From: a virus | Taxonomy: Duplodnaviria; Caudoviricetes | IMG/VR virus record: IMGVR_UViG_3300012041_000053 | Coordinates: 1 to 28,625 of that record | Strand: one strand, 5' to 3' | DNA length: 28,625 nt | Part shown: positions 1-9,122 of the stretch, piece by piece | Layout: the number at the start of each line of letters is the position of its first letter | How positions within the stretch are numbered: the first letter of the stretch is position 1 | The notes under the pieces: model-generated | Told to the model about the DNA's origin: nothing | The model's input: only the letters and a program-made list of their open reading frames with translations | The model's database searches: none | Translations under genes and position numbers: made by a program

Positions 1-1983
1 AGTGTAACTGGTACTACTAATTTCTTACAAAAAGTTGATAGTAATAGTGGTTTAACAAATAGTAATATCTTTGATGATGGTTCATTAGTATCAATATCAG
101 CAAATACAAATATTTTTGGTAATTTAACTGGTAATAGTATAACTGTTAATAATGATTTATTTCTTAATGGAATAACTTTATTTACTGGTACTGCAAGAAA
201 CATAGGTGTTGATATAAATAATAAAGTAGTTGAATTACCAATTGATGAAACATTATCAGTTTTAGCTACAAATAAAACTGGTGTATCTATTCCTAAAGGT
301 TCAGTAGTTTATATAACTGGTGGGCAAGGTGCAAGACCTACAATTGCTTTAGCTTTAGCTGATACTGCCGTAACAACTTCATTAGCGGTTGGTATAACAT
401 TAGAAACAATTGCAAATAATGGAACTGGTATAGTTGTAACTGATGGTATTGCAAGTGGTTTAAATACAAGTGCTTTTGTTGATGGTGATAGATTATACTT
501 ATCACCTTTTAGTGGTGGTGGTTTAACAACAATTATACCAACTTCACCTAATCAAGTTACTTTTATTGGTACTGTTGTTAATGCTCACGCAGTACAAGGA
601 ATTATATTAGTTAATATACTTTATACATTTAAAGTAGATAGATTAACTGATGTAGCTATAAGTGCTATAACTAACAATGATATATTAGCTTATGAAGCTT
701 CAACTCAATTATGGAAAAATAAATCATTAACTGCAATAGGTGGTGTTACTACAACTGGTACAACTTTAAATATTAATGGTAATGCTTATGACTTATCAGC
801 AAATAGAGAATGGTTAGTTGCACAAGGTACTACTGGTGTATTAAATTTTAGTACTGGAATCACTTTCAATTCAACTACAAGAATAAATATCGCTCCTATA
901 ACTGGTTACATAGTTGATAACGAAAGTAATCCAGCTATACCAGCTTTTACTTATGTTAATTATAGTGGTGCAACTGGTTTAACTGTAACTACTTTAGGTA
1001 CTGGTGATGCTACTTATGTTATGTTAGATGGTAGTGGTATTACTTTTCAAAATACTTTTCCTACTTCAACTGAACGTAAGGTTAAAATATGGTTAGGTAA
1101 ATTAGGACACCCAAATAATTTAATAACAGTTGTAGCAAATGAACCCGATTTTATTACTTCACCATTGGCGCAACATAGAGATTTATTTCAAGCATTTAAC
1201 TATATCAATAACGGTGTATATGCACAAGCTAATGGAATTAATTTAACTGTAAATACAACTGGTGGTAATGTGATTGGTAACGGTATTAATTTACATAATT
1301 CCAAAACTACACCAAATGAATTATTTATACCAGCACAAATACCAATGAACTTTGTTTATCGTACACAAACTGGTGGTACTGGTACAACTATAACTGCAAT
1401 TGACCCTAATTCAATTGATATTGGTGGTGTAATAACTCCTATTGTTAGTGGTGCTTCAATGCAGTATATATTTTTAGTTCCTAATGGTGGTTATGTAGTT
1501 CAATACGGTCAAAATCAATATAATACTTTATTAGGTGCTATTGCAATGGTTGGTAGAGAATCATTTGTATTATTCCCTAACTTAGATAAGAATGCTTTAT
1601 TAGTAAGTGTTATAGCGGTTGCATTTGGTGCAACTGATTTAAGTGATACTACACAAGCACAATTCTTTAAAGCTGACAAATTAGGTCAAATTATTGGTAG
1701 TGCTGGTGGTACTTCAACAACTAATTTACAAGGTGCTTATAACAATTCAGTATCACCACAAATAGTTACTAACAATGTATTAGGTGCATTAACAATACAA
1801 GGTTTTGCTGATGATACAAACATAGTATTTCAAACGCAAAATACTGGTGCTACAAGTACTTTCATGGTAAATAATGCTGGTAGTATAACTGCAACTACTT
1901 TTGTTAAATTAGGTGGTGCAAATAACGAATTTTTATTAGCTGATGGTTCAACAACTTTCATTATAGATGGTGGGTTATATTAA
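1..1983 (+). CDS. Tail fibre / virion structural protein, 5'-truncated (>660 aa)
   Basis: Frame 1 is open from base 1 (SVTGTTNFLQKVDSNSGLTNSNIFDD...) through the ORF-track ATG at 1021 to TAA at 1983. Thr/Gly/Asn-rich, with a NKTGVSIPKGSVVYITG...GDRLYLS module typical of phage structural proteins. Ends FVKLGGANNEFLLADGS..IDGGLY. Confidence 0.8.
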   Translation, partial: SVTGTTNFLQKVDSNSGLTNSNIFDDGSLVSISANTNIFGNLTGNSITVNNDLFLNGITLFTGTARNIGVDINNKVVELPIDETLSVLATNKTGVSIPKGSVVYITGGQGARPTIALALADTAVTTSLAVGITLETIANNGTGIVVTDGIASGLNTSAFVDGDRLYLSPFSGGGLTTIIPTSPNQVTFIGTVVNAHAVQGIILVNILYTFKVDRLTDVAISAITNNDILAYEASTQLWKNKSLTAIGGVTTTGTTLNINGNAYDLSANREWLVAQGTTGVLNFSTGITFNSTTRINIAPITGYIVDNESNPAIPAFTYVNYSGATGLTVTTLGTGDATYVMLDGSGITFQNTFPTSTERKVKIWLGKLGHPNNLITVVANEPDFITSPLAQHRDLFQAFNYINNGVYAQANGINLTVNTTGGNVIGNGINLHNSKTTPNELFIPAQIPMNFVYRTQTGGTGTTITAIDPNSIDIGGVITPIVSGASMQYIFLVPNGGYVVQYGQNQYNTLLGAIAMVGRESFVLFPNLDKNALLVSVIAVAFGATDLSDTTQAQFFKADKLGQIIGSAGGTSTTNLQGAYNNSVSPQIVTNNVLGALTIQGFADDTNIVFQTQNTGATSTFMVNNAGSITATTFVKLGGANNEFLLADGSTTFIIDGGLY

Positions 1984-2015
1984 ATAATATAAATACTCAA
2001 ATTAATTAATTTAAG

Positions 2016-2044
2016 AAGCTATTCACTTTTGGATAGCTTTTTTT
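2016..2044 (+). terminator. Rho-independent terminator
   Basis: AAGCTATTCA-cttt-TGGATAGCTT hairpin followed by a T run, just after the stop at 1983. Confidence 0.8.
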
Positions 2045-2052
2045 ATATTTAT

Positions 2053-2061
2053 AACAATATA
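2053..2061 (+). promoter_or_regulatory. AACAATATA putative late promoter element
   Basis: Lies between the terminator and the ATG at 2096. The same 9-mer recurs before other late genes. Confidence 0.6.
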
Positions 2062-2095
2062 GTTGACTTATATAAGTTAATTAATTTCATTAATT

Positions 2096-5000
2096 ATGGC
2101 AAATAGAATATATATTAAAAGGTCAAATGTAGCTGGGAAAATTCCTACAAGTGCTGATATTGACTTAGGTGAAATGGCTTTAAATACGGCTGATGTAAAG
2201 CTATATGCAAGCGGTACAACTGCTAATTCAATCCTACAAATAGGTTGGGATAGGGTAAGTAGAACTGGTGATACACTTACTGGTGATTTTAACATAAATG
2301 GTTCAATTACTGCAAATACTTTTGTTAAGAGTGGTGGTACTGCTAATCAATTTCTTAAAGCTGATGGTAGTGTTGATAGTAATGTATATATAACTGGATT
2401 TACCGAAACTGATACACTTCAATCAGTAACTACAAGGGGTTCAGCAACTACAACAAGTATTTTAGCAAATGCTTTTATTAAAAGTGGTGGTACTAATCAA
2501 CAATTTCTTTTAGCTGATGGTAGTGTAACTACTGCAAGTGCAATTACTGTAACATTTACTGGAACTACAAACTTTATACAAAAATTAAATACTTCAAGTG
2601 CTTTAACTAATTCTTTGATTTATGATAATGCAACTGCTTTAGGTATCGCTACAACTAATGTAACTGGTTATACTGTTAATATTGGTAGTCAAAGTAATAG
2701 AAGTATTGGAGTTGAAACTAATTTGAGTGGTGATGGTAAATCATTAACTATTGCTGGTGGTAATGGATTATCTTCAAGTGCAATAACTTTTACAAGTACC
2801 TCTACTGGTACAATTTATTGGGGTACTACTGTTGCACCTAATGGTGATGTATATTTAGCTGGTAATATTTCACCCTCACAAATTTTTAAACAAACTGGTG
2901 GTGTTGGTGCTTTTGTTTCATTAGCACAAACTTCAAGAAATTATATGGGTATGGCAAGCAATTCAGCTGGTGATATATATGTAGTTGTTGGTGGTGGTGA
3001 TATATATAAACAAACTGGTGGTGTAGGTAACTTTATTGCAATTGGTGAAACTTCAAGACAATGGAGAGGTATTGCAGTTAATTCAACTAATGGTGATGTA
3101 TATGCTTGTGTTTCAACTGGTGATATATATAAACAAACTGGTGGTGTAGGTGCTTTTGTTGGGTTAGGTGAAACTTCAAGAGAATGGGTAGATTTAGAAG
3201 AATTGAATGGTAATATTTATGCTACTGCTCATAATGCTGGTATATTTATGCAAACTGGTGGTATTGGTGCATTTGTTTCAATACCTTTTATTGGTGGTAA
3301 TGCAAGAGGTATAACTAAATTAAATGGTGATATTTATGTTACTAATTTAGCGGCAAATGTATATAAACAAACTGGTGGTGTTGGTGCTTTTGTTCAAGTA
3401 GCTACAAGTTTGGGAAGTTCATTAGAGGGTATTGCTGGTGGTAATGGTAAATTATATATAGGTGGAACGGGTTCATATTTTATTTCAAATGTTATTGCTT
3501 CAAATGGTGGTAATTTAATCTTACAAACTGGTGCTGGTGTTGGTAATGGTACAAGTACAATTGATTTTAAATTAGGATTAATTAATACAAGTGGTATTAC
3601 TCAAACTTTAGCTACTAAAATGTCATTAGCTAATAACGGTGATTTAACTTTAGATGGTAGATATATTAAAAGTGGTGGTTCAGCTGGTCAATTCCTTAAA
3701 GCTGATGGTAGTGTTGATAGTAATATTTACCTTACAACTGAAACTGATACACTTCAAGCGGTAACAAATAGAGGTACAACAACTACAACTACTATAACTA
3801 CAAATGGTTATATAAAAACTGGTGGTTTAGCAACTCAATTCTTAAAAGCTGATGGTAGTATTGATAGTAATACTTATCTTACAACTGAAACTGATACACT
3901 TCAATCAGTAACAAATAGAGGTAATACAACTACAACAAATATAACTGCAAATGCTTTTATAAAAGCTGGTGGTACAAGTAATCAATTCTTAATGGCTGAT
4001 GGTTCAGTTTCATTAGGTGGTGGTGGTTCAGTTTCATTTACTGGAACAACGAATTATATACAAAAATTAGATGCTTCAAGTGCAATGACTAATTCATTAA
4101 TTCAAGATAACGGTATTGGTTTAGGAATTGGTATAACTGCATTTACTACAACTGCTACAACAATTCAATTTGGTAATCAAAATGATAGAAAAATAGCAAT
4201 TGAAGATAAATTAAGTGGTTTAGGTAAAACATTAATTGTGCAAGGTGGTAATAGTATTGATGGTGAAATTACAAGTGGTGGTAATGCTAATTCTTTTACT
4301 ATTTATAATTCCGATACAAGGGTTAACTTTGGTATTACAGTTGCTTTAAATGGTGATATATATGTTTCAACTGCTGGTAGTGATATATATAAACAAACTG
4401 GTGGTGTTGGCGCATTTGTTGCACAAGGTCAAGGTTCAAGACATTGGAGAGATATGTTCACTGATTTAGCAACTGGTGATATATATGTTACTGTTGATGC
4501 TGGTGGTGATATATATAAACAAACTGGTGGTGTTGGTGCATTTGTTGCACAAGGTCAAGCTGCAAGGAACTGGTACGGTATATGTGTTAATTCGGTTAAT
4601 GGTGATGTATATGCAACTGATGTTAATTTTGGTGATATATATAAACGAACTGGTGGTGTTGGTACATTTAATGGTTTAGGTCAAACTTCAAGACAATGGA
4701 CTGCAATTGTTGAATTGAATGGTGATATATACGCTGCTGAATATAATGGAAACATATATAAACAAACTGGTGGTGTTGGTGCATTTGTATCATTAGGTGT
4801 AACAAATAGAAGTTATCAAGGGTTAACTAAATTGGGTAATAGTTTATATGCTGCAACTGATGGGCCTGGTGATATATATGTGAGAACCAATAACATAGGT
4901 GATTTTACACCATTAGGTCAAACACTTAGAGGTCATTTTTCTATAACTAATAGTAATGGTAATTTATATGCTGCTGGTCAAAACTTTATTACTAAATCAC

Positions 5001-6085
5001 CAGCATTATCAATTACAACTGGTGCTGGTGGTACATTAAAATTAATTGGTGGTAATACAACTGATACAACTGCTACAAGTACTAATATTGATACATTTAG
5101 TTTTTTTCAAGCTGGTAACGGTGGTTGGCGACAAATGACAACTGCCCCAAATGGTGATATATATACAATTGATGTTAATAGTAATACTGTTTGGAAAAAA
5201 ACTGCTGCTGGTAGTTCATTTACTACAACAACTTCAATAGGTCAACAACTTAATGGTAGTGTAACAATTACTGCTAATGGTACAGTTTATGTTCCAACTA
5301 ATGGTGGTATTTATATTTCAACTAATGGTGGTACTTCGTGGAATACAACTGCATTTGGTACATTTGCTTTTCTTACAATGGGATATAGAACTGCAAGTAA
5401 TGATGTATATGGTGCAATTAGTGGTGGTGATATATATAAACAAACTAATTCAACTGGTTCATTTGTTGCATTAGGTCAAACTGCAAGAGCGTGGAGAGGG
5501 TTATTAGAATTGAATGGTGATATGTATGCAGTTGAAAATAATGGTGATTTATATAAACAAACTGGTGGCGTTGGTAACTTTGTTGCACAAGGTTTAACTT
5601 CTTTTGGTTTTTGGGATATGACAACTTTAAATGGTCATTTATATGGTGCTGATATTAGTGGTCAAGTACGTAAACGTGTTAATAATAGTGGAAACTGGGT
5701 ATCTATTGGTGGTGTAAGTAGAGCATATATAGGTATTACTTATTCAAATACTGGTGAATTATATGCAACTGTTAATGATGAAAACTTTTATGTATCACCA
5801 GTAAGTACTGTATCACAAAATTTTAGTGGTGGTTCAGTATCAATAGAAACTGGAATAGGTTATGGTAACGCAAATAATACAATTGATTTTATTACTGCTA
5901 CACCTACTGCTACAAGTGGTGGTGGTGTACAAACTAAATCAACTAAAATGAAAATTTTGGGTAATGGTAGAATACAAATGACTGCTATTCCTACATTTGC
6001 TGATAATGCAAGTGCTTTAGCTGGTGGTTTAACTGTTAATACATTATATAAAACAAGTGGTGGGGTTTTAATGATTGTAATATAA
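2096..6085 (+). CDS. Long tail fibre / receptor-binding protein with three beta-propeller-like repeat domains
   Basis: N-terminal IYIKRSNVAGKIP...LGEMALNTAD fibre-anchor motif (Mtd-N/hyaluronidase-N-like). Shaft repeats FxKxGGxxxQFLxADGS and ETDTLQxVTxRG. Three clusters of ~40-aa GDIY..DIYKQTGGVGAFV repeats. Confidence 0.85.
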   Translation: MANRIYIKRSNVAGKIPTSADIDLGEMALNTADVKLYASGTTANSILQIGWDRVSRTGDTLTGDFNINGSITANTFVKSGGTANQFLKADGSVDSNVYITGFTETDTLQSVTTRGSATTTSILANAFIKSGGTNQQFLLADGSVTTASAITVTFTGTTNFIQKLNTSSALTNSLIYDNATALGIATTNVTGYTVNIGSQSNRSIGVETNLSGDGKSLTIAGGNGLSSSAITFTSTSTGTIYWGTTVAPNGDVYLAGNISPSQIFKQTGGVGAFVSLAQTSRNYMGMASNSAGDIYVVVGGGDIYKQTGGVGNFIAIGETSRQWRGIAVNSTNGDVYACVSTGDIYKQTGGVGAFVGLGETSREWVDLEELNGNIYATAHNAGIFMQTGGIGAFVSIPFIGGNARGITKLNGDIYVTNLAANVYKQTGGVGAFVQVATSLGSSLEGIAGGNGKLYIGGTGSYFISNVIASNGGNLILQTGAGVGNGTSTIDFKLGLINTSGITQTLATKMSLANNGDLTLDGRYIKSGGSAGQFLKADGSVDSNIYLTTETDTLQAVTNRGTTTTTTITTNGYIKTGGLATQFLKADGSIDSNTYLTTETDTLQSVTNRGNTTTTNITANAFIKAGGTSNQFLMADGSVSLGGGGSVSFTGTTNYIQKLDASSAMTNSLIQDNGIGLGIGITAFTTTATTIQFGNQNDRKIAIEDKLSGLGKTLIVQGGNSIDGEITSGGNANSFTIYNSDTRVNFGITVALNGDIYVSTAGSDIYKQTGGVGAFVAQGQGSRHWRDMFTDLATGDIYVTVDAGGDIYKQTGGVGAFVAQGQAARNWYGICVNSVNGDVYATDVNFGDIYKRTGGVGTFNGLGQTSRQWTAIVELNGDIYAAEYNGNIYKQTGGVGAFVSLGVTNRSYQGLTKLGNSLYAATDGPGDIYVRTNNIGDFTPLGQTLRGHFSITNSNGNLYAAGQNFITKSPALSITTGAGGTLKLIGGNTTDTTATSTNIDTFSFFQAGNGGWRQMTTAPNGDIYTIDVNSNTVWKKTAAGSSFTTTTSIGQQLNGSVTITANGTVYVPTNGGIYISTNGGTSWNTTAFGTFAFLTMGYRTASNDVYGAISGGDIYKQTNSTGSFVALGQTARAWRGLLELNGDMYAVENNGDLYKQTGGVGNFVAQGLTSFGFWDMTTLNGHLYGADISGQVRKRVNNSGNWVSIGGVSRAYIGITYSNTGELYATVNDENFYVSPVSTVSQNFSGGSVSIETGIGYGNANNTIDFITATPTATSGGGVQTKSTKMKILGNGRIQMTAIPTFADNASALAGGLTVNTLYKTSGGVLMIVI
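4381..4559 (+). repeat. Near-identical 53-bp intragenic direct repeat (4381-4433 and 4507-4559)
   Basis: TGATATATATAAACAAACTGGTGGTGTTGG[C/T]GCATTTGTTGCACAAGGTCAAG with one mismatch. The core AAACAAACTGGTGG recurs many times between 2888 and 5570. Confidence 0.9.
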
Positions 6086-6106
6086 TAAAAACTTAAATTA
6101 ATTAAT

Positions 6107-6436
6107 ATGAAAATAAATGAAATACAAACGGGTTTGCCTTTAAGAACTGCTACCCAAATAGAAATTACAATTCAAGCATTTAAAACTGATACTAATTTAG
6201 TTATGACTTACTATGAATTGAAAGATAATGATAATTATAAAGTATGTGATGGTTATTACCAATTAAGTGAAACGCAATATGATATTTGGGGTGCTGATAA
6301 TACCTATATTGAAGATTGTGTATTAAATTATTTAGGTTTAGAAAGATACGGTTATATTGAACCTATACCAATTGATAAACCAATTAATTTACCTATAAGT
6401 GGTTCAACAAGTGGAACTACAATCCAAATTAATTAA
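6107..6436 (+). CDS. Fibre-associated small protein (possible fibre chaperone)
   Basis: 109 aa directly after the fibre gene, acidic, with QYDIWGADNTYIEDCVLNYLGL. Function inferred from position. Confidence 0.5.
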   Translation: MKINEIQTGLPLRTATQIEITIQAFKTDTNLVMTYYELKDNDNYKVCDGYYQLSETQYDIWGADNTYIEDCVLNYLGLERYGYIEPIPIDKPINLPISGSTSGTTIQIN

Positions 6437-6444
6437 TTTAGAAA

Positions 6445-6711
6445 ATGACAATAGGTGAATTAAATTATCAATTAACACAAGCTTTAAAGACTTATGTAAA
6501 ATCTTCTAATCATAATGATACTGGTAGGTTATATAATTCAATACAGTTTAAATGTACAACTACAAATGGTTTAACAATTAAATTTGATGCAATGGAATAT
6601 ATACATTATTTAGACGATGGTGATTTTATTAACAATTTCTTTGAACAATCTTCAATATTAGATTTAATTGCTACTTATTTGGTAGATTCATTTGAAATTA
6701 ATCAAGATTGA
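6445..6711 (+). CDS. Putative tail-completion / neck protein (HK97 gp10-like)
   Basis: DTGRLYNSI matches the DTGxLxxSI motif of that family. Confidence 0.55.
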   Translation: MTIGELNYQLTQALKTYVKSSNHNDTGRLYNSIQFKCTTTNGLTIKFDAMEYIHYLDDGDFINNFFEQSSILDLIATYLVDSFEINQD

Positions 6712-7447
6712 AAGTTTTCTTAAAACTTAGATTATTTAATACGAATATCAAAGGTAGATTTAGTATTGCATTATATTTAGTTATATCACCATTTGATAAA
6801 TTATGTAAAATTAAAATCCAATTCCACTCCGATTTGGATTTTTCTTTTGCTATTTCTTTTTGTGTTTCAATATCAGTTAAATCTTGTTCATCTAAATCAG
6901 CTTCATCTACTAATGGTATAAATAAATGACTTAAATTTTTAAAAATCATTTGTTTATAATCGTTAAAATAATTAATTAATGGTAATAGTTGAACTATTGG
7001 TAAATCACTAAAATCTAATGCACGTTCATTAATATCAATTGAATCGTAATGCTCAACTATTATATTATGAAATTGGTCATGTTTGAATTGTCTATAATAA
7101 ATTCCAGCTATTTTAGGTAGGTTTAACAAGTAGTTTTCACTAAAGTAATAATCTAAATCAATATATTCACCTAATGTTAATTTTTCGTTATTAATTAATA
7201 TGAAATTATCTATTTCAGTCATTAGTTTTAGGTCGGGTAAATGATTAATGAAATTAATTTGTTTAATTAAATCTTTTAAATCTTCAATTCCCAATTCATC
7301 CCAAATTTTATCAGTTGGATTTGTATTAGTTAATATGGATAACATATTGATATATTGTAAAAAGATATTTTCATCTTTATCTATATCATTTAAGTTAACA
7401 AATTGCTTATAGGTAATATCACTCCATGATTTAGGTAGTTTAATCAT
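6698..7447 (-). CDS. Putative tail assembly chaperone-like protein
   Basis: Starts LPKSWSDITYKQF, contains LTLGEYIDLD and a C-terminal WNWILILHNLSNGDITKYNAILNLP. Acidic 249 aa, within the virion module. Confidence 0.5.
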   Translation of the reverse strand: MIKLPKSWSDITYKQFVNLNDIDKDENIFLQYINMLSILTNTNPTDKIWDELGIEDLKDLIKQINFINHLPDLKLMTEIDNFILINNEKLTLGEYIDLDYYFSENYLLNLPKIAGIYYRQFKHDQFHNIIVEHYDSIDINERALDFSDLPIVQLLPLINYFNDYKQMIFKNLSHLFIPLVDEADLDEQDLTDIETQKEIAKEKSKSEWNWILILHNLSNGDITKYNAILNLPLIFVLNNLSFKKTFNLD

Positions 7448-7964
7448 TTGCTAAAAATTTAAGATTATCTATTATAGATATTGAAACTATATTAATTAAT
7501 GGTATTGCAATATCCGATGTTATATTTTCTCTAATCAACTTAGTTTTTTCTTTTAAAGTTAACTTACATTTTTTATTAGTATATAGTATTGCTAATATTT
7601 CAGCAAAATATTTTTTTGGATTAATTTTTATATATGATTCAATCAATAACATATTCTTAACTGTTAACTTAAATGATTTATCATAACAACTATAAGTAGT
7701 ACCAAATAATTCAATTGATTGTTTAATATCACCATTAACATAGTCAAAGTTAAACTCTTTCATTATATTAAAAATATCGTTTGCGTCCAAGTTAGCAATT
7801 AAATTAATTTCAATTCCTAATCTAATAAGTATTTTAACAACTTTATCATATTTACATAAATTTGAATTAACTATATAATATATATCTTCAAATTCGTCAA
7901 TAGTAAATTCATTTATATCAGTTTTAACAGTATATATATCTTCTTTAAATTTTATATCAATCAT
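7440..7964 (-). CDS. Hypothetical protein, probable paralogue of 6698-7447
   Basis: INEFTIDEF and KLTVKNMLLIESY...EILAILY align by eye with WSDITYKQF and KLTLGEYIDLDYY...KIAGIYY. Overlaps the downstream gene by 8 bp. Confidence 0.6.
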   Translation of the reverse strand: MIDIKFKEDIYTVKTDINEFTIDEFEDIYYIVNSNLCKYDKVVKILIRLGIEINLIANLDANDIFNIMKEFNFDYVNGDIKQSIELFGTTYSCYDKSFKLTVKNMLLIESYIKINPKKYFAEILAILYTNKKCKLTLKEKTKLIRENITSDIAIPLINIVSISIIDNLKFLAND

Positions 7965-8005
7965 AGGTTTTGTTTATTATACTGTATTAATGTTATAAAA
8001 AATCT

Positions 8006-8023
8006 TTTTATTAACAATATAAT
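8006..8023 (+). promoter_or_regulatory. Putative late promoter TTTTATTAACAATATAAT (copy 1)
   Basis: The identical 18-mer occurs at 9070-9087 before the capsid gene. Confidence 0.7.
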
Positions 8024-8037
8024 AAATTAATTAATTT

Positions 8038-9057
8038 ATGTTATCAAACTTACCCACATATAAAATTACTATTGATGATGAATATTCTAATGGTGAAGAT
8101 TTAGGAATTAAAGCAATAGCATTTGTTACTAATCCAGCTATTCAAGTAAAAGGATTTGCATTTAATGAAACTGATATTAAACAATCTTATTTTACTGATA
8201 AAACAAAATATAGAATTGTTGCACCAGCTATGATACCAATGCAAATATATCGTGCTGATGATAGTGGTGAATATTATGTAGAATTTACTGAAAAAGAAGT
8301 TGAACGTATCTATTCAAAATTTATGAAAAACTTCACTAATCGACAAGTATTTAACTTAGAACATGATGATACTGATAAAGTACCAGCTTATGTACTTGAA
8401 TCGTGGATTGTTGAAAATCCATTAGAAGATAAAGCATATTCAAGCTATGGAATAAAAGTACCAAAAGGTACAATTATGTTAACTGCCCAAATTACTGATA
8501 AAGAAACTTATAACCAAATAGTTGAAAATGAACAATTTGCCTTTTCAATTGAGGGGTTTTTAGGTTTATCTTTAAGTGAAATAATAAATAAAGAAAAAAT
8601 AAAAAACGAAAAAATGAATAAACAAAAAATGAATACCCAAGTGGGTGAGTTTACAAAAGATAATCAGCTATATACTTTAATGAGTGATGGTACATTTTCA
8701 GTAAGTGATATTTCATTAGAAGATGATGAATGTAAAGACTGCAAAGATGAAGCTGATTGTAAGAAATGCAAAGAAGCAAAAGAAGCAAAAGTAGGTTATG
8801 AAGATGCACCTAAAGATGAAGAAAAAAAAGAAGAAATGCAAGATGAAGTAGTTGTAGAAGATGCACCAGCAATGGAATATCCTACTTATACTAAAGAAGA
8901 AATTAATGCAAAGTTTGATGAATTATATCAACTTATAGCTGATTTAAAGAATGAAAAAGAAATAGTAGTAGAAGATGCACCAGCAATGATGAGTGCGGTT
9001 AAAATGAGTGTTAATGATAAGATAGATGCTTATCTTCAATTCGCAAAAGACAAATAA
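8038..9057 (+). CDS. Prohead protease (XkdF-like) fused to acidic scaffold domain
   Basis: IAFVTNPAIQ, PAMIP..IYR, NLEH, VLESWIVE and FSIEG motifs. Acidic low-complexity C-terminal half. Immediately upstream of the capsid gene. Confidence 0.8.
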   Translation: MLSNLPTYKITIDDEYSNGEDLGIKAIAFVTNPAIQVKGFAFNETDIKQSYFTDKTKYRIVAPAMIPMQIYRADDSGEYYVEFTEKEVERIYSKFMKNFTNRQVFNLEHDDTDKVPAYVLESWIVENPLEDKAYSSYGIKVPKGTIMLTAQITDKETYNQIVENEQFAFSIEGFLGLSLSEIINKEKIKNEKMNKQKMNTQVGEFTKDNQLYTLMSDGTFSVSDISLEDDECKDCKDEADCKKCKEAKEAKVGYEDAPKDEEKKEEMQDEVVVEDAPAMEYPTYTKEEINAKFDELYQLIADLKNEKEIVVEDAPAMMSAVKMSVNDKIDAYLQFAKDK

Positions 9058-9069
9058 TATAAGTTTTAA

Positions 9070-9087
9070 TTTTATTAACAATATAAT
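9070..9087 (+). promoter_or_regulatory. Putative late promoter TTTTATTAACAATATAAT (copy 2)
   Basis: Exact repeat of 8006-8023 in the intergenic space before ATG 9123. Confidence 0.7.
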
Positions 9088-9122
9088 TAAAATAAAACAA
9101 ATAAAAAATAAAAAATATAAAC

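Noticed and set aside
1021-1983. ORF-track start at 1021
   Set aside because: The frame is open from base 1 with the same composition, so the real start is outside the window.
4381-4559. Possible DGR template/variable repeat pair
   Set aside because: The single mismatch is C/T rather than adenine-specific, both copies are coding, and no reverse transcriptase is in the window.
2888-5570. Regular ~120-bp-spaced repeats resembling a CRISPR array
   Set aside because: In-frame protein repeats with synonymous variation. Spacing too long and no cas genes.
7440-7470. Programmed -1 frameshift between chaperone-like genes
   Set aside because: The downstream gene is in the +1 frame with its own ATG, and there is no canonical in-frame X XXY YYZ heptamer.
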